Of a DNA stretch of 64,000 nt, positions 51,658-62,969 are shown piece by piece (position 1 is the first letter of the stretch; every line of letters begins with the position of its first letter). The notes under the pieces are model-generated. The model was not told the origin of the DNA. It did not search any database and saw nothing but the letters and a program-made list of their open reading frames with translations. The stretch lies in assembly GCF_000143415.4 (NCBI RefSeq), contig NW_003314261.1, positions 2,429,266 to 2,493,265 of the forward strand. Direction: 5' to 3'. The translations under genes and the position numbers were made by a program. Source of the DNA: Selaginella moellendorffii. Its lineage: Eukaryota; Plantae; Lycopodiophyta.

Positions 51658-54600
51658 ATGTCAAAGTTTCTGCTCTGCAGCTTCCAACACACTGGCATCA
51701 GTGGAATCTTCAAGTCCGGCCAGTTATTTGGAAGCAATCTCAAGACCAACGCACAAATCCGGAAAGGAAGCTTAAGTAAGTTGGGCATTTTTCTTTCAAG
51801 TTTCGCACTAAACTGGCCTATTAGTGCAGCTCCCTCGATTAGGATTACCTGCTGTGCTTCCAACCCATTGAACTTTGGAAACACGAAGCCTGCTGAGGCT
51901 CCAGTAAGTCGAAGCACCATCTTTCCAAGCTTGTGGAGCTCATTTCTTCCTACTTGTTCGCAGGAGAAGCGGCAAAGGAAGCAACAGCCATACCAAGGCA
52001 TTCTTCACGTCCCTGACGATCGCATCGAGGAGCTTGATTACAGAGAAACGTCGTTGCTCGTCGAGGAGGTAAAGGGATGGCAGATGAAACTCGCGAGTGG
52101 CAAGGGGGAAATCAGTCCTTCGGCTTACGACACTGCTTGGGTGGCTCGAATAGCGTCCGAGTGCGACTCCTCCCTTCCCGAGTTCCCGGAGGCCCTGGAG
52201 TGGATCATCAACAGTCAACTTCCTGATGGATCATGGGGTGATGATCGTCACTTGCAACTCTATGACAGAGTATTATCCACGCTCTCATGCCTGGTCACGC
52301 TCAAGACCTGGGACATCGGGCACAACAGCATTGCGCAAGGTGTGCTTCTACAACTTTTCTTTTCTGATCTTCTGGTTATTACATCTAATCGCCTCTGATT
52401 CTTGATCACAGGCACGAAGTTTTTGCGTGAAAACATGATCAAGCTCAAGCAAGACGATGGAGATCTCTTGTCAGGTTTCGAGGTGACGTTCCCAATGATG
52501 CTCCACGAAGCCAAGAAGCTGGGCCTTGATCTTCCGCACGAGACAGAGTTCACAAGGCTGCTGGAGATTTCCACCAAGAAGAAATTGGCCAAGTATGTGT
52601 TGAAGTTGTTTGGGGATTCCTTTGGATAAACTCCATTCCGCTCCCACGACGTTGCTATACTCTTTGGAAGGCCTTCAAGACCTTGAGATCGACTGGCAGG
52701 AGATCCTCAAGCTCCAGTCTAAAGATGGATCCTTTTTGAGCTCGCCTTCGTCAACAGCATGTGTTTACTTGAAGACCAAGGACAGGAAATCGTTGCAATA
52801 TGCTATGCAAGTTCAAAACTATGCTGGTAAATTGGCTGTCTTCTTCAACCCTTCGTGCTAATCGACTTTATTTTTGCAGTTCCTTGTCATTACCCCATTG
52901 ATCTTTTCGAAAGTTTATGGGTGGTCGACACCATTGAGCGGCTGGGGATTGACGTCTTCTTCAGAGATGAGATCAAAGCCGTCCTCGACTACGTGTACAG
53001 GTACAATGCCTTGGTACTTATAATACTTACGAAGCTCTTCTTTTTGTGTTTGTATCAGCTTTTGGACTAACGAAGGAATCGGATGGGGATCTACATGCTT
53101 AGTCAATGACATAGACGACACAGCAATGGCATTCCGTATCCTTCGAATGCATGGATACAATGTATCTCCAGGTAAAAATAGTTTTGTGGTGGAAGAATCT
53201 GTAATTCACTAAAGTATGAAACTCCCTACAGATGCATTTGACCAGTTCTGGCTGCCTAGAGACAAGTTTTGCTGCTTTGTTGGCGAATTGTCACACGGGG
53301 TCTCTGAAATGCTCAACTTGCATCGGGCTTCCCAGGTTGATTTCCCAAACGAAACGATTCTTACAAAGACTTTCAAGTACTCCCACGATTATCTGCTGAA
53401 CGTTGAGACCGCTCACATGGATAAATGGGGCAATGAAGAAAAACCTCATGGGAGAAGTAATGAGATTCAGGTAGCTTGGAAACTTATGTGTCTGTTGTTT
53501 CTACAGGTGATATTCGAGCTAGCAAATCCATTCCATGACTGCTTGCCAAGGATTTATAATAATGCTTATATCAAGCACTATGGAATAGATGATCCTTGGA
53601 TTGGTAAGATTATTTATCGGTAAGTGACATTTATATAAACCCTTGTTTATCTATCTCTCACCATCTCTCTTTTGTTTAAGGTTGCCTCTAGTGAATAACA
53701 AAGTGTTACTAGAGCTTGCAAATTGGTATTCTCAACAATGTCAATCCTATCAATCTTCTGAGCTAATAGAATTGACCAAGTAAGCTAAAACAAATTTCCT
53801 AGACTAATGAATGATTCTAATATACGAATTTGATGTGTTTTTTATTTAGCTGGTGTCATTCATTGCACTTTGAATATATCCTGTCTACCAGATCAAAAGA
53901 AAATATCAATATGGTCCCTTATATTTATTATTTAATTTATGGAACTTAGAATTTAGCCAGTTGAGAATTTTCTTTACAAAGGCATGTTGTATGGGCATGT
54001 TAATTGATGATATCCTAGATAGTGCAACAAGCATTGAAGTGATCAATTCTGTCCAAAATGTGATTGAAAGGTTGTATGCATTAACATTTTAAAAATTTTA
54101 CTGACACTTTCACTTATCCAGGTGGGATATATCTCTATCGCAAAAACTTCCTCTAAAATATAAGATCCATGTTCAAGAATTATATAATACCATTCTTGTT
54201 ATGACTGAAACAGCTTCCAAAATACATCAAATTTTATCTTCAAAATTCATCCACAATTATCTTTCAAAAATTGTAAGCATTTCTACTTTATTTTCCTATG
54301 ACTTCATAGTGTTGTTTTTTATACTAGTACACGGATCTTATAAAATCCAGAATTTCTGCTCACTGCAGAATTCAAGGATATATTCCAAGTTTTAAAGAAT
54401 ACATGCAAAATGCTGAAGTTAGCATTTCCATTGGGAGTCCTGTACTTATGAGTATATTATTTTGTGGTGAGCCTCTGACAGAAGAGCTATTAAACACTAT
54501 TCATGATAGCAAGCCTCTCAAACTTAATAATATAATATTTAGGCTTTGCAATGATAATATAAAAGGTAATATCTATATTTAAATTTATATACAGATCACT

Positions 54601-54903
54601 AAATGTGTAATTTTTTTATTGATATGAAGCATGGACAACTAGCACAAGGAGTTTGGTGTTATCATCCAGGTGAAACTGAAGAAGATGCTTTATCATATCT
54701 ACAAAGTTTACTTGAGAAAAACAAAAAATAACTCAATGAAAGTTATTTCATCACTCATGACAAAGATTTACCCAAAAATGTCAAAAAGTGAAATTTTGAG
54801 ATGGTGCGGATGGCTAATCACCTACAATAAAACAAGACATGAGGATTTAGTATTGAAAAAATTACAAAGTTTTCTACATCAGCTAAAAACATTAGAAGGT
54901 TAA
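51658..54903 (+). pseudogene. Diterpene synthase pseudogene (inverted paralog of MDS)
   Basis: Same exon layout as MDS. Intron after KKKLAK is collapsed and lacks its AG (about 52593-52614); extra G at DKWG (about 53430); indels and stops in 3' exons; DIDD and DDILD still recognisable. Confidence 0.9.
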
Positions 54904-54924
54904 CTTTGGTCGATTTATACAGTA

Positions 54925-57291
54925 TCAAAGCACCTCCTGTGTCATCCCACGTTTCCTCTCCAAAATGTTGGACAGCAACACATATGGGGCAGTCGCCGAT
55001 GGCTCCAGTTGGAAGCTCCGGAGAGCGGTGTCGCTCCCTCGCTCTACGTCGCCATGAACTTCACAAGCACCGAGCAATGTGGAACAAATCGCCGCATCAG
55101 GGACAAAAGGCATGTTGTTCATCAGATCTTGAGCTCTCCCAAGCTGTCCTGCGCGACTGAGATTATCCACCATTCCAGCGTAATGGTCTCTCGACGGGAT
55201 CAATCCATGGTCGAAGCTCATAGACGTGAAGCACTGGTGGCTCTTCTCCAAGCAGCCAACGTGACTAGATGTGCTAAAGACTGCAGTGAAACTTATCTCG
55301 TCGTAGGAGAACCCCTCCATAGCCATCTCTTGAAAGAGCTCGAGAGAGCTTTCGTGGTTTTTCTTGGAGTATGAGCCAATCATTGCATTCCATGCTGCTA
55401 CGTCCAGCTCAGGCATTCGATCGAAGATAGCTTTGGCCTCCTTGAAGCAGTCTTTGGAAGCGTAAGCCTTGATCATCGAAGTCCAGGCAAGAACATCTCG
55501 ATCGAAGCAAAGAGTGTAAAAGGCTTTTCTTGCGTCACTCAAGAACCCTTGATCCGCATATCCATAGATCATAGTGTTCCACGAGAACTTGTCAATCTCT
55601 GGAGAGCTCTGGAAGATTTTCTCTGCCTCTTCGAGACGACCGTCTTGGACGTAGCCGAGCATCATAATGTTCCTGGAAACCATGTCCGGCTGCGGCATGG
55701 AATCAAAAGTAAACTTTGCTTGTTCCAGCTCTCCGTTTTCAACGAAGGCGAGGATCATCACGTTTCGCGAGAGCGTGTTCTGCTCGGGCATCTCGCGGAA
55801 AACTTTGACAACCTCTTTGATCTGCCCGTGCTGCGCGTAAGCTTTCATCATGTGAACCCAGGATCCAAGGTCCCACTCGGGCATTCTCTCAAAGATCTTT
55901 CTCGCGTTTTCCACCTCTCCAATGCTCGCATAGCCGGACATGAAAGCGTTCCACGATATCAAGTCCCTGTAAGGCGCAGCATCAAACATTTTTCGGGCTC
56001 GATCCATATCGCCCACCCTCGCGTAGGCCGTGATCATCAGCGTCCAAGCCACCACCGTCTTGCGAGGCATGGCTTGGAAGAGCTCTCGAGCTTTCTCGAC
56101 GAGAGCACCTTCGGCATACCCGTGGATCATTGCAGTCCACGACACTGCATCCTTGAGGGGCATGTCCTCGAATAATCTCCTTGCCTCACGCAAGTTTCCA
56201 TTCATCGAGTAGGCCGTGATCATCGTGTTCCAGCTTGGGACGTCGCGCCGCGGCATTCGCTCGAATAGTTTTCTAGCTTCCTCCACCTCGCTGCTCTGAG
56301 CAAAGCCGGAGATCATCGAGTTCCAAGACACGAGAGTTTTCCTCGGCATTCTGTCAAACAAGCTCTTTGCTTGATCCACATGACCATACTGAACATAACC
56401 AGCGAGTAAACAATTCCAGCTCGCCTCGGTCTTCTCCGGCATCGCATCAAACATTTCTTTCGCTTCATGAATCTTCGCGACCTGGACGTAAGCCGAAACC
56501 ATCGCGTTCCAGGAGATTACATGCCTCTCGGGCATTCGATCAAACATCTCCTTCGCCTCCGAGAAATTCCCACTCTTGGCAAAAGCTGTCAGCATAGTCG
56601 TCCAGGAAACAACGTTTCTGTCGGGCATCTTGTCAAAGTATTCCTTGGCTTCTTTCAGCCGCCCGTTCTCCGCGTAGGCTTGAATCACGGCCGTCCAAGA
56701 CACCACGTCGGGCCTCGGCATATTCTCAAACATGGCTTTGGCATCTGCTAGACGCCCGTTCCCCGCAAGTGCGCGAATAATGCTGTTCCAGGAGACTACA
56801 TCCGGGTTGGGTATCTCCTCGAATATCAGTTTCGCCTTTTCGGGTTGCCTGTGGCTTCCATACGCGGCTACCATGATGTTGTAAGAAATAGTGTCCTTGA
56901 GAGGTATAGTGTCAAAAATGCGTTTGGCATCTTCCAGATGCCCTTGCTGGGCATTTGCTGAGAGGAGCGTGTTCCAGCAGACAGTGCTGGGATCCTTGAT
57001 CGAATCAAAGATCTTCTTGGCCTCTTCCAGATTCCCGTTCAATCCATACACCGAAACGAGCTTGCGGACAAGGATTGCGCTGGGGTCGGGGATGGAATCA
57101 AAGACGCGCTTGGCATCCCGCGGGCTGCCGCATTTGCCATACATCTCCAGCAGCAGAGTGGCGAGATGGGCGCTGTGGGAATGCGCGCTGCCGCGCACGA
57201 CCGCGTGGATCCGCCGGGCCTCTCCCAGATCCTTGGAGCTCCCACACGCCCTGATCTCGTGGGCGAGCGAGTGGAGGTCGGTTCCCAGCAT
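54925..57291 (-). CDS. PLS-class PPR protein dominated by short (S/SS) motifs, with E domain and no DYW; intronless
   Basis: About 20 tandem 31-aa repeats (SWxxMxxxYA..G...EAK..FD.MP); E-domain TLLGAC..HG..PYVLLSN; ORF open. Confidence 0.92.
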   Translation of the reverse strand: MLGTDLHSLAHEIRACGSSKDLGEARRIHAVVRGSAHSHSAHLATLLLEMYGKCGSPRDAKRVFDSIPDPSAILVRKLVSVYGLNGNLEEAKKIFDSIKDPSTVCWNTLLSANAQQGHLEDAKRIFDTIPLKDTISYNIMVAAYGSHRQPEKAKLIFEEIPNPDVVSWNSIIRALAGNGRLADAKAMFENMPRPDVVSWTAVIQAYAENGRLKEAKEYFDKMPDRNVVSWTTMLTAFAKSGNFSEAKEMFDRMPERHVISWNAMVSAYVQVAKIHEAKEMFDAMPEKTEASWNCLLAGYVQYGHVDQAKSLFDRMPRKTLVSWNSMISGFAQSSEVEEARKLFERMPRRDVPSWNTMITAYSMNGNLREARRLFEDMPLKDAVSWTAMIHGYAEGALVEKARELFQAMPRKTVVAWTLMITAYARVGDMDRARKMFDAAPYRDLISWNAFMSGYASIGEVENARKIFERMPEWDLGSWVHMMKAYAQHGQIKEVVKVFREMPEQNTLSRNVMILAFVENGELEQAKFTFDSMPQPDMVSRNIMMLGYVQDGRLEEAEKIFQSSPEIDKFSWNTMIYGYADQGFLSDARKAFYTLCFDRDVLAWTSMIKAYASKDCFKEAKAIFDRMPELDVAAWNAMIGSYSKKNHESSLELFQEMAMEGFSYDEISFTAVFSTSSHVGCLEKSHQCFTSMSFDHGLIPSRDHYAGMVDNLSRAGQLGRAQDLMNNMPFVPDAAICSTLLGACEVHGDVERGSDTALRSFQLEPSATAPYVLLSNILERKRGMTQEVL

Positions 57292-58199
57292 TGCATAGCA
57301 TGGTATAAAGAATATACACAAAATATTCATGTTGCTGTTAATTTTTCGTTTGTAGTTAAGCAACATATTTCTTTGTCTTGTTTAGATTCAGTTGGAAAAA
57401 TATTTTGTTCAAAGACAAGCTCCAACTCCTTGAGGTTGGCAGCAGCATGATCTTGAAGTTCTTCCACTTAGATCTCGCACAGAGGCCAGAGCCTCCAAAG
57501 GTTTTCCAGCCCTTACTGCTATGGGAAAACACTTCCAACCTTCACCTATTGGAAGATTCGACTTGATCCTCTCCCCTCCACATAGCCACTGCAACAATGC
57601 TCATTAGGTTCCAAGTTAAGTGAGTCCGGTCCATGAGCAATCCAGCCACCTTGGCAATGAGCTCTTCATCCCCAAACCATGACACGCTCTCCACATAATC
57701 CGTGGTCATGGGGATCACTTTGGAGTCACAGACACTTGCAAGCTGATCAAACTTACTTCGATTATTACTTCAAATATTGCTTTGATTCCTTGGAAGAGTA
57801 GTGCTCTCCTATGGAACTCTCAGGAGGAATCAAAGTAATCTTCCCAAGTTTGAGCAGTAAAGATCTTCTTGCAAGTAAGAAATACATGTACCTTTCAAGC
57901 CTAGTAAACTGGCCACTCCTGATCTGTGTTAGTGCATTCATCACGATTTCCTGATCCCACAGTGTAGACTTGTTCATCAACAGCTTTCCCCATGAACAAT
58001 GACATCAGGCCTTTGTTCAGTTTTGAATTCCTCTTCCAAAATCTATCTGCAGCTGATTTTCCACCTTGCTTGTGAGCTGCATGCTTGTATTGAGCTCGTT
58101 ATATGCTGCAATCTTGGAAATTAGCAGCTATTTGCTGTTTGAAAACAAATAGTTTTTTTAAGTTTCTATAAATTATAACCAGCCTTTTCCAATTGAAAA

Positions 58200-58800
58200 T
58201 TCTTATAAACAGTGTATTCGTCATGAGCAAGAAAATTGAAATTCACGGTAGATGTGGTAACATCAAACACACAGCTCAAATCTTCCATGGTATGCCCAAG
58301 AGGGACAAGTTCACCTGGGATCTTTTGCTGGTTGCCTACTGCAAAAACGGGCATTTTGATGAAGAGAGGAGATACCCAACCCGCACGATGATTGTGGTCA
58401 CGGGCATCTGGAGTCTTCTCTCATGCTCTTCCACGCCATGCTTGTGAGGAACTTACACTACAATCCTCTCCGGCTACGTCCACTGCGGTCTCCTGAAAAA
58501 CTTGGAGCTCTTCTTCCTCAATCAGATGCCACAGCATGATCTTGTCGTCAAAACGCTGCTCCTCGCCTACACCCAAGGCCAACGCCCTGAGGAAACCAGA
58601 TGCCTTCTTGATTATGTAGATGCCGTGTGTGGATATTCTCAGTGCGGCCTCCTGGACGAAACCGCGAGAATCCTCGACAAAATGCCAGCCTGGAATCTTG
58701 CACATTCCATGCAAGGGACTCTGACCGCCTTTCACGAAATGGCAGACAAGAACTTGGTGTTGTAGAATGCTCATATCTCTCTCACAAGGAGGTGTTTGAA
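58200..58800 (+). pseudogene. PPR gene remnant
   Basis: GRCGNIKHTAQIFHGMPKRDKFTWDLLLVAYCKNGH and GYSQCGLLDETARILDKMP in broken frames. Confidence 0.7.
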
Positions 58801-59470
58801 ACAATGCCCCTGTCTAATCAGAAGCTAGAAACTAGGTATATTATATTATATATTAGTTTTCTAATTTTAAAGGTAAAACTGATGGTATATTATTATTTTG
58901 CTGCGTGTAATAGTAATGTTATTTCTATTTATTAATCTAATTAATCAAATGGAAGTTTATAATTATAAACATGTTTATAATTTATAAATACAAGATTAAT
59001 ATCATTAAATATCAACCATTAGATGGTAAAATAAACTAGAATATACTAGGACGTATTTAAAAAAGTTTATAAATTATAAACATATTTATAAATTATAAAT
59101 GCAGGATTAATTTAGCCAACCTTGCCAGGACAGCAGAAAGTAGTGAGAATGATAACCAGGAGGACGTGGACGACTATGGCAACTTGTTCATGGCCACTAG
59201 TATCCAGTAGGTTGCAAAGAACACACTTGGCATAGAAGCAGAGAAGTTGTGTTAAATGGTAAAATATTTTAGAATATTCAAATATATTCTAAATATATCC
59301 TTACCACCTTTACAGGTTTGCTTAAGCAAACTAAAAGAGAGAGTCATTGTTCTTTAATTTTAAAATTATATTAAGAAAACAGTATTTTATCTAAAATTTG
59401 ATTATTTTATATTTATGGGGAAGTAATATTTAAATCTAAAATAATAAACCATAATTAATCAAATATATTC

Positions 59471-59640
<170 letters not shown>

Positions 59641-59990
59641 CACTTTAATCAAAAATTGCAAAAATATGTTTAAAATATCATAGCTAGGTTCTTGTTTTCT
59701 AGCGGCAGCACACGGCCAGTGCCATGGCCAGGCTGATGCGCCAGGCCGCAGCGCTTAGGTTTGTCAACCAGATCTGAGTTTCAGGCACGAAGATAAACCA
59801 ACAGCCACAACTAGTCATAGCCAAGTGAGTGCTTATATTGCAGCCACACAGCTTGATGGACTGTGAGAGTTCTTTCAGGGCTAGGCGATGATCAAGATGT
59901 CCAGGTTCTTTATCACAAGTCTAGGCGTTGGAAATCCTTCACCCAAGAAAAGCAGCCTTTTATTATTATTTGATAGAACTGAATAACAGT

Positions 59991-61040
59991 CTAGAGTTGG
60001 AAGGTCCCTGATTTTTCTGGAGGAGGGATCCACCCAATTCCATGGTATCTAGCACTCAACCATCCCCATTCTGCGTTTGCGGCCATCCACACCTCTACCC
60101 CATTCACATAATCCATGACGCCTTGCTTCCTGGCAAGCCCACTTGAAATGATCTCCTGCTTTGTCCCGATGAACTCCTTCTCCAAATCCTCCACCATGCT
60201 CGCCAACATGGCAATCGCCTCGTTCAAACCACACTTGTGAATGCTGGCGAGAATGGGCACGGCGTTGAGGTAGTTCCCTTTCGCCCACTCCTTCCTGAAC
60301 GAGATCAAGTCATTGTGGAGCGCAATGTGGTGCGTCCCAATCTCCTCAACCTTGCGTATGAGAGGATGATCCAGCACGCCACGCTCTTCCAGCCCAAGTT
60401 GCAGTAAACCATCAAGCATAGCAAAGCAAGGCGCAACACCAGATGTGATCTCTCTCAGCCACATGTACGTGTCCAGGTTGGGAACGATTTGCTTGTGAAG
60501 CCAGTTCGATTCAATCTCAAACATGTCGAGCACCTTGGTCATAGAATTCATGAATCGGCCGGATTTGTCCACTAGATGGAGGGACAGTTCTTTCAAAACC
60601 TCAGATAACATCTTCACTTGCCTCAGCAGCTCCTGATTCTTGACCAGAAGTGCGGCCTCGTCAAATCTTCCCTTGAAAACCATCTTGTATGCGGTTGCCA
60701 CGTTCCTCATGTCCGACGAAGAGATCTCAGGGTTATCCAGAATGTCATCTGCAAGAAAGAGCCAAGCGATGAACTTTGCAACGGGAACAATCTTCTCGTA
60801 TGAAATGCTCGGGTATGCATAAGCTGCGAGCAATCCAAGCCTGCTCTCTCGAATAAACACAGATTTCTCGCTTCCAGGTTGCAACTTCAGAAACTCGTCA
60901 CACCACACATTGATCTCAGCGTCGGCCTTTGCATCATACAGCGGATTCAGCGCTGGAGAGGCCAGAAGTTTATTACTTGCTGGTGGAATGGAGTAGCTTT
61001 TCTCCGCTGCAAAAATGCTCACAATGGATAGAATAGCCAT
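59991..61040 (-). CDS. Microbial terpene synthase-like protein (MTPSL, SmMTPSL1-like), intronless, about 349 aa
   Basis: Single alpha domain with DDILD, LREITSG (pyrophosphate-sensor Arg), NDLISFRKE (NSE), and W....RY. Confidence 0.93.
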   Translation of the reverse strand: MAILSIVSIFAAEKSYSIPPASNKLLASPALNPLYDAKADAEINVWCDEFLKLQPGSEKSVFIRESRLGLLAAYAYPSISYEKIVPVAKFIAWLFLADDILDNPEISSSDMRNVATAYKMVFKGRFDEAALLVKNQELLRQVKMLSEVLKELSLHLVDKSGRFMNSMTKVLDMFEIESNWLHKQIVPNLDTYMWLREITSGVAPCFAMLDGLLQLGLEERGVLDHPLIRKVEEIGTHHIALHNDLISFRKEWAKGNYLNAVPILASIHKCGLNEAIAMLASMVEDLEKEFIGTKQEIISSGLARKQGVMDYVNGVEVWMAANAEWGWLSARYHGIGWIPPPEKSGTFQL

Positions 61041-61891
61041 TAAGAAAACACAACACAATTTCTAACCACGACTTCTCGGTATATATAGAGCTATTCTCGT
61101 TAGAAGCAAATTCCAAATCTATTACAGTTGCGATGTTGCCGAATTTTGCGAAAATACCTAGGAAACATCCAAAAGTCAGGTTTGAATTGCTGATTTTAAA
61201 ATATTCAGTCATAAAATGTTAAGCACATAGTATTGACTTAAATGGTAGTGAATGAAGCTAGAGTATATTACCGTCTAACCACAACTTCTGGGTATATATA
61301 AAGTTATTCCTGTTAGAAGCAAATTCCAACTCTACTATAGTACGTTTGCGATGTTGTTGATTTTTGCAAAAATACTTAGTAATCTGCTTTTCTATATTGA
61401 TATATATAATATACATTTAGATTAATCTATGTTAATGTATAAACGTTCTTAAACATGAATTCAATTTAGCCCGCTGGTCTTATTCAATTTGTGTTTTGGC
61501 ATGTGAAAGCTGATAAATAGGCTGCTCAAAATACTAAGCACTATGCAGAGATTTAAATTGCCCCATGCTTTTATGTAACAAAAAAGGTTGAAAAGCACTT
61601 TACTCTTTGCTAGCATCTCCACATTTTGTAACACTACCTTCTCAAGCTCAACTGTTACTGTGGACAAATACTATTTTGTTTTTAATCTAGTTTTCTATAC
61701 AAATCTTTTGAACTACAATATATATTCCAGCAATTTGAAGAAGTGGGTGGTGTATGGAGGTAGTCCTACCAAACACTAGAGGAACCAACCCTCTCCCTCT
61801 CCCCCTGGACCAACCCTTTTTCATTTCGTGGAGGTAAGAATTACTAAGAGTTAGAGGTAAATGGAAAAGAAAATTACCAATTAGTGAAAAT

Positions 61892-62573
61892 TCAGCGTTT
61901 ACTGGGCTCTTGGGTGGAGTTTGTCGATCCGACCACTTGGGCGATGAATTCCTGGCCAATTCCCGCCCCATTCTTCCTCTGGGAGAAGATCCGGATTCGC
62001 CCAACATCCGGATTCGCGATGCGGGTGAAGGCTTCGTAAGAGAGATCGAAGGAATTAGCGTGACAGCCCGGGCAGAGATCCACGACCCGGACGGTGACTG
62101 TAGCGTCGTTCGACCGGCATCCTCCAGCGCCAGAGACCGCGCCCTTGCAAGTGATATCGAAGTAGGCGCCGCAGAGGCCATTGAAGATATCGGGGCTGGC
62201 TGCCGCGATCAAATTTCCGGCTGGAAAGGGCCCGCGATCGAAGCCATAGCAAGCCGATGCTGTGATCACACACAAGGGGCAATCAATCAGTTGGTCGAGA
62301 GGAAGAATTGATTGAGCGCTTTGAATCGAGGAACTCACGAACGTATTCCGTGTAGAACGTTGCCTCGCCATTTCCTCCTCCGCCGCCTCCGCTACACCAG
62401 TTACACTGGCTTTGGCACCCATTGCCGCAGTAATCCGCGGAGCATCCACAGTAGCCCCATTGGCTGCAACACATGTTGTCTCCACAAGGGCGATTGCGAT
62501 CACACTGCTGGGCGGTGGCCACCATAGCCGCCGCTACCAGCAGCGAGAGGAGGAAGATCAAACGAGGACTCAT
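61892..62573 (-). CDS. Secreted hevein (CBM18) + EG45/plant-natriuretic-peptide-like DPBB fusion protein, 2 exons
   Basis: Signal peptide; [23 protein letters not shown]; Gly hinge; intron 62338-62260 (GTGAGT..CAG) joins [14 protein letters not shown]; [23 protein letters not shown]. Confidence 0.88.
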
Positions 62574-62969
62574 ACTTTTTTAGCGAGGATAGACCGTGGA
62601 TATGATTTATAATATGGATGTATGTAGCTAGGCTCGCAAAGTTGGAATAGAACTCTACAACCATATATATTAATCATTCCTCTTTGATTGAAAATTTCTT
62701 TGGGCGGGAGTTCCGGCGATTATACACCGTGTTGTCCACCGTTGGATCAAGGGATTTAAAAGCTCGAGGAGAAACGAGGGTTAGGGTTTATGCGCACCCA
62801 AGTTCTACTGCAGCGTCGTCGTGCTCGCTTTGCGGCCGCGCCGAGGTACGCTGTGAGTTTTTATCAGTGCGTAGATTCACCGTCGAGCCAGCTGCTTGAG
62901 GCTGCGCCTTAGATCCATGGCGCTTTCTCCAATGATCTGGCTCACATTTCTTGCCGTAGATCGCTTTTA

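Noticed and set aside
51622-53623. Functional monofunctional CPP synthase from the second diTPS copy
   Set aside because: Lost splice acceptor near 52610 upstream of DIDD, plus a frameshift near 53430
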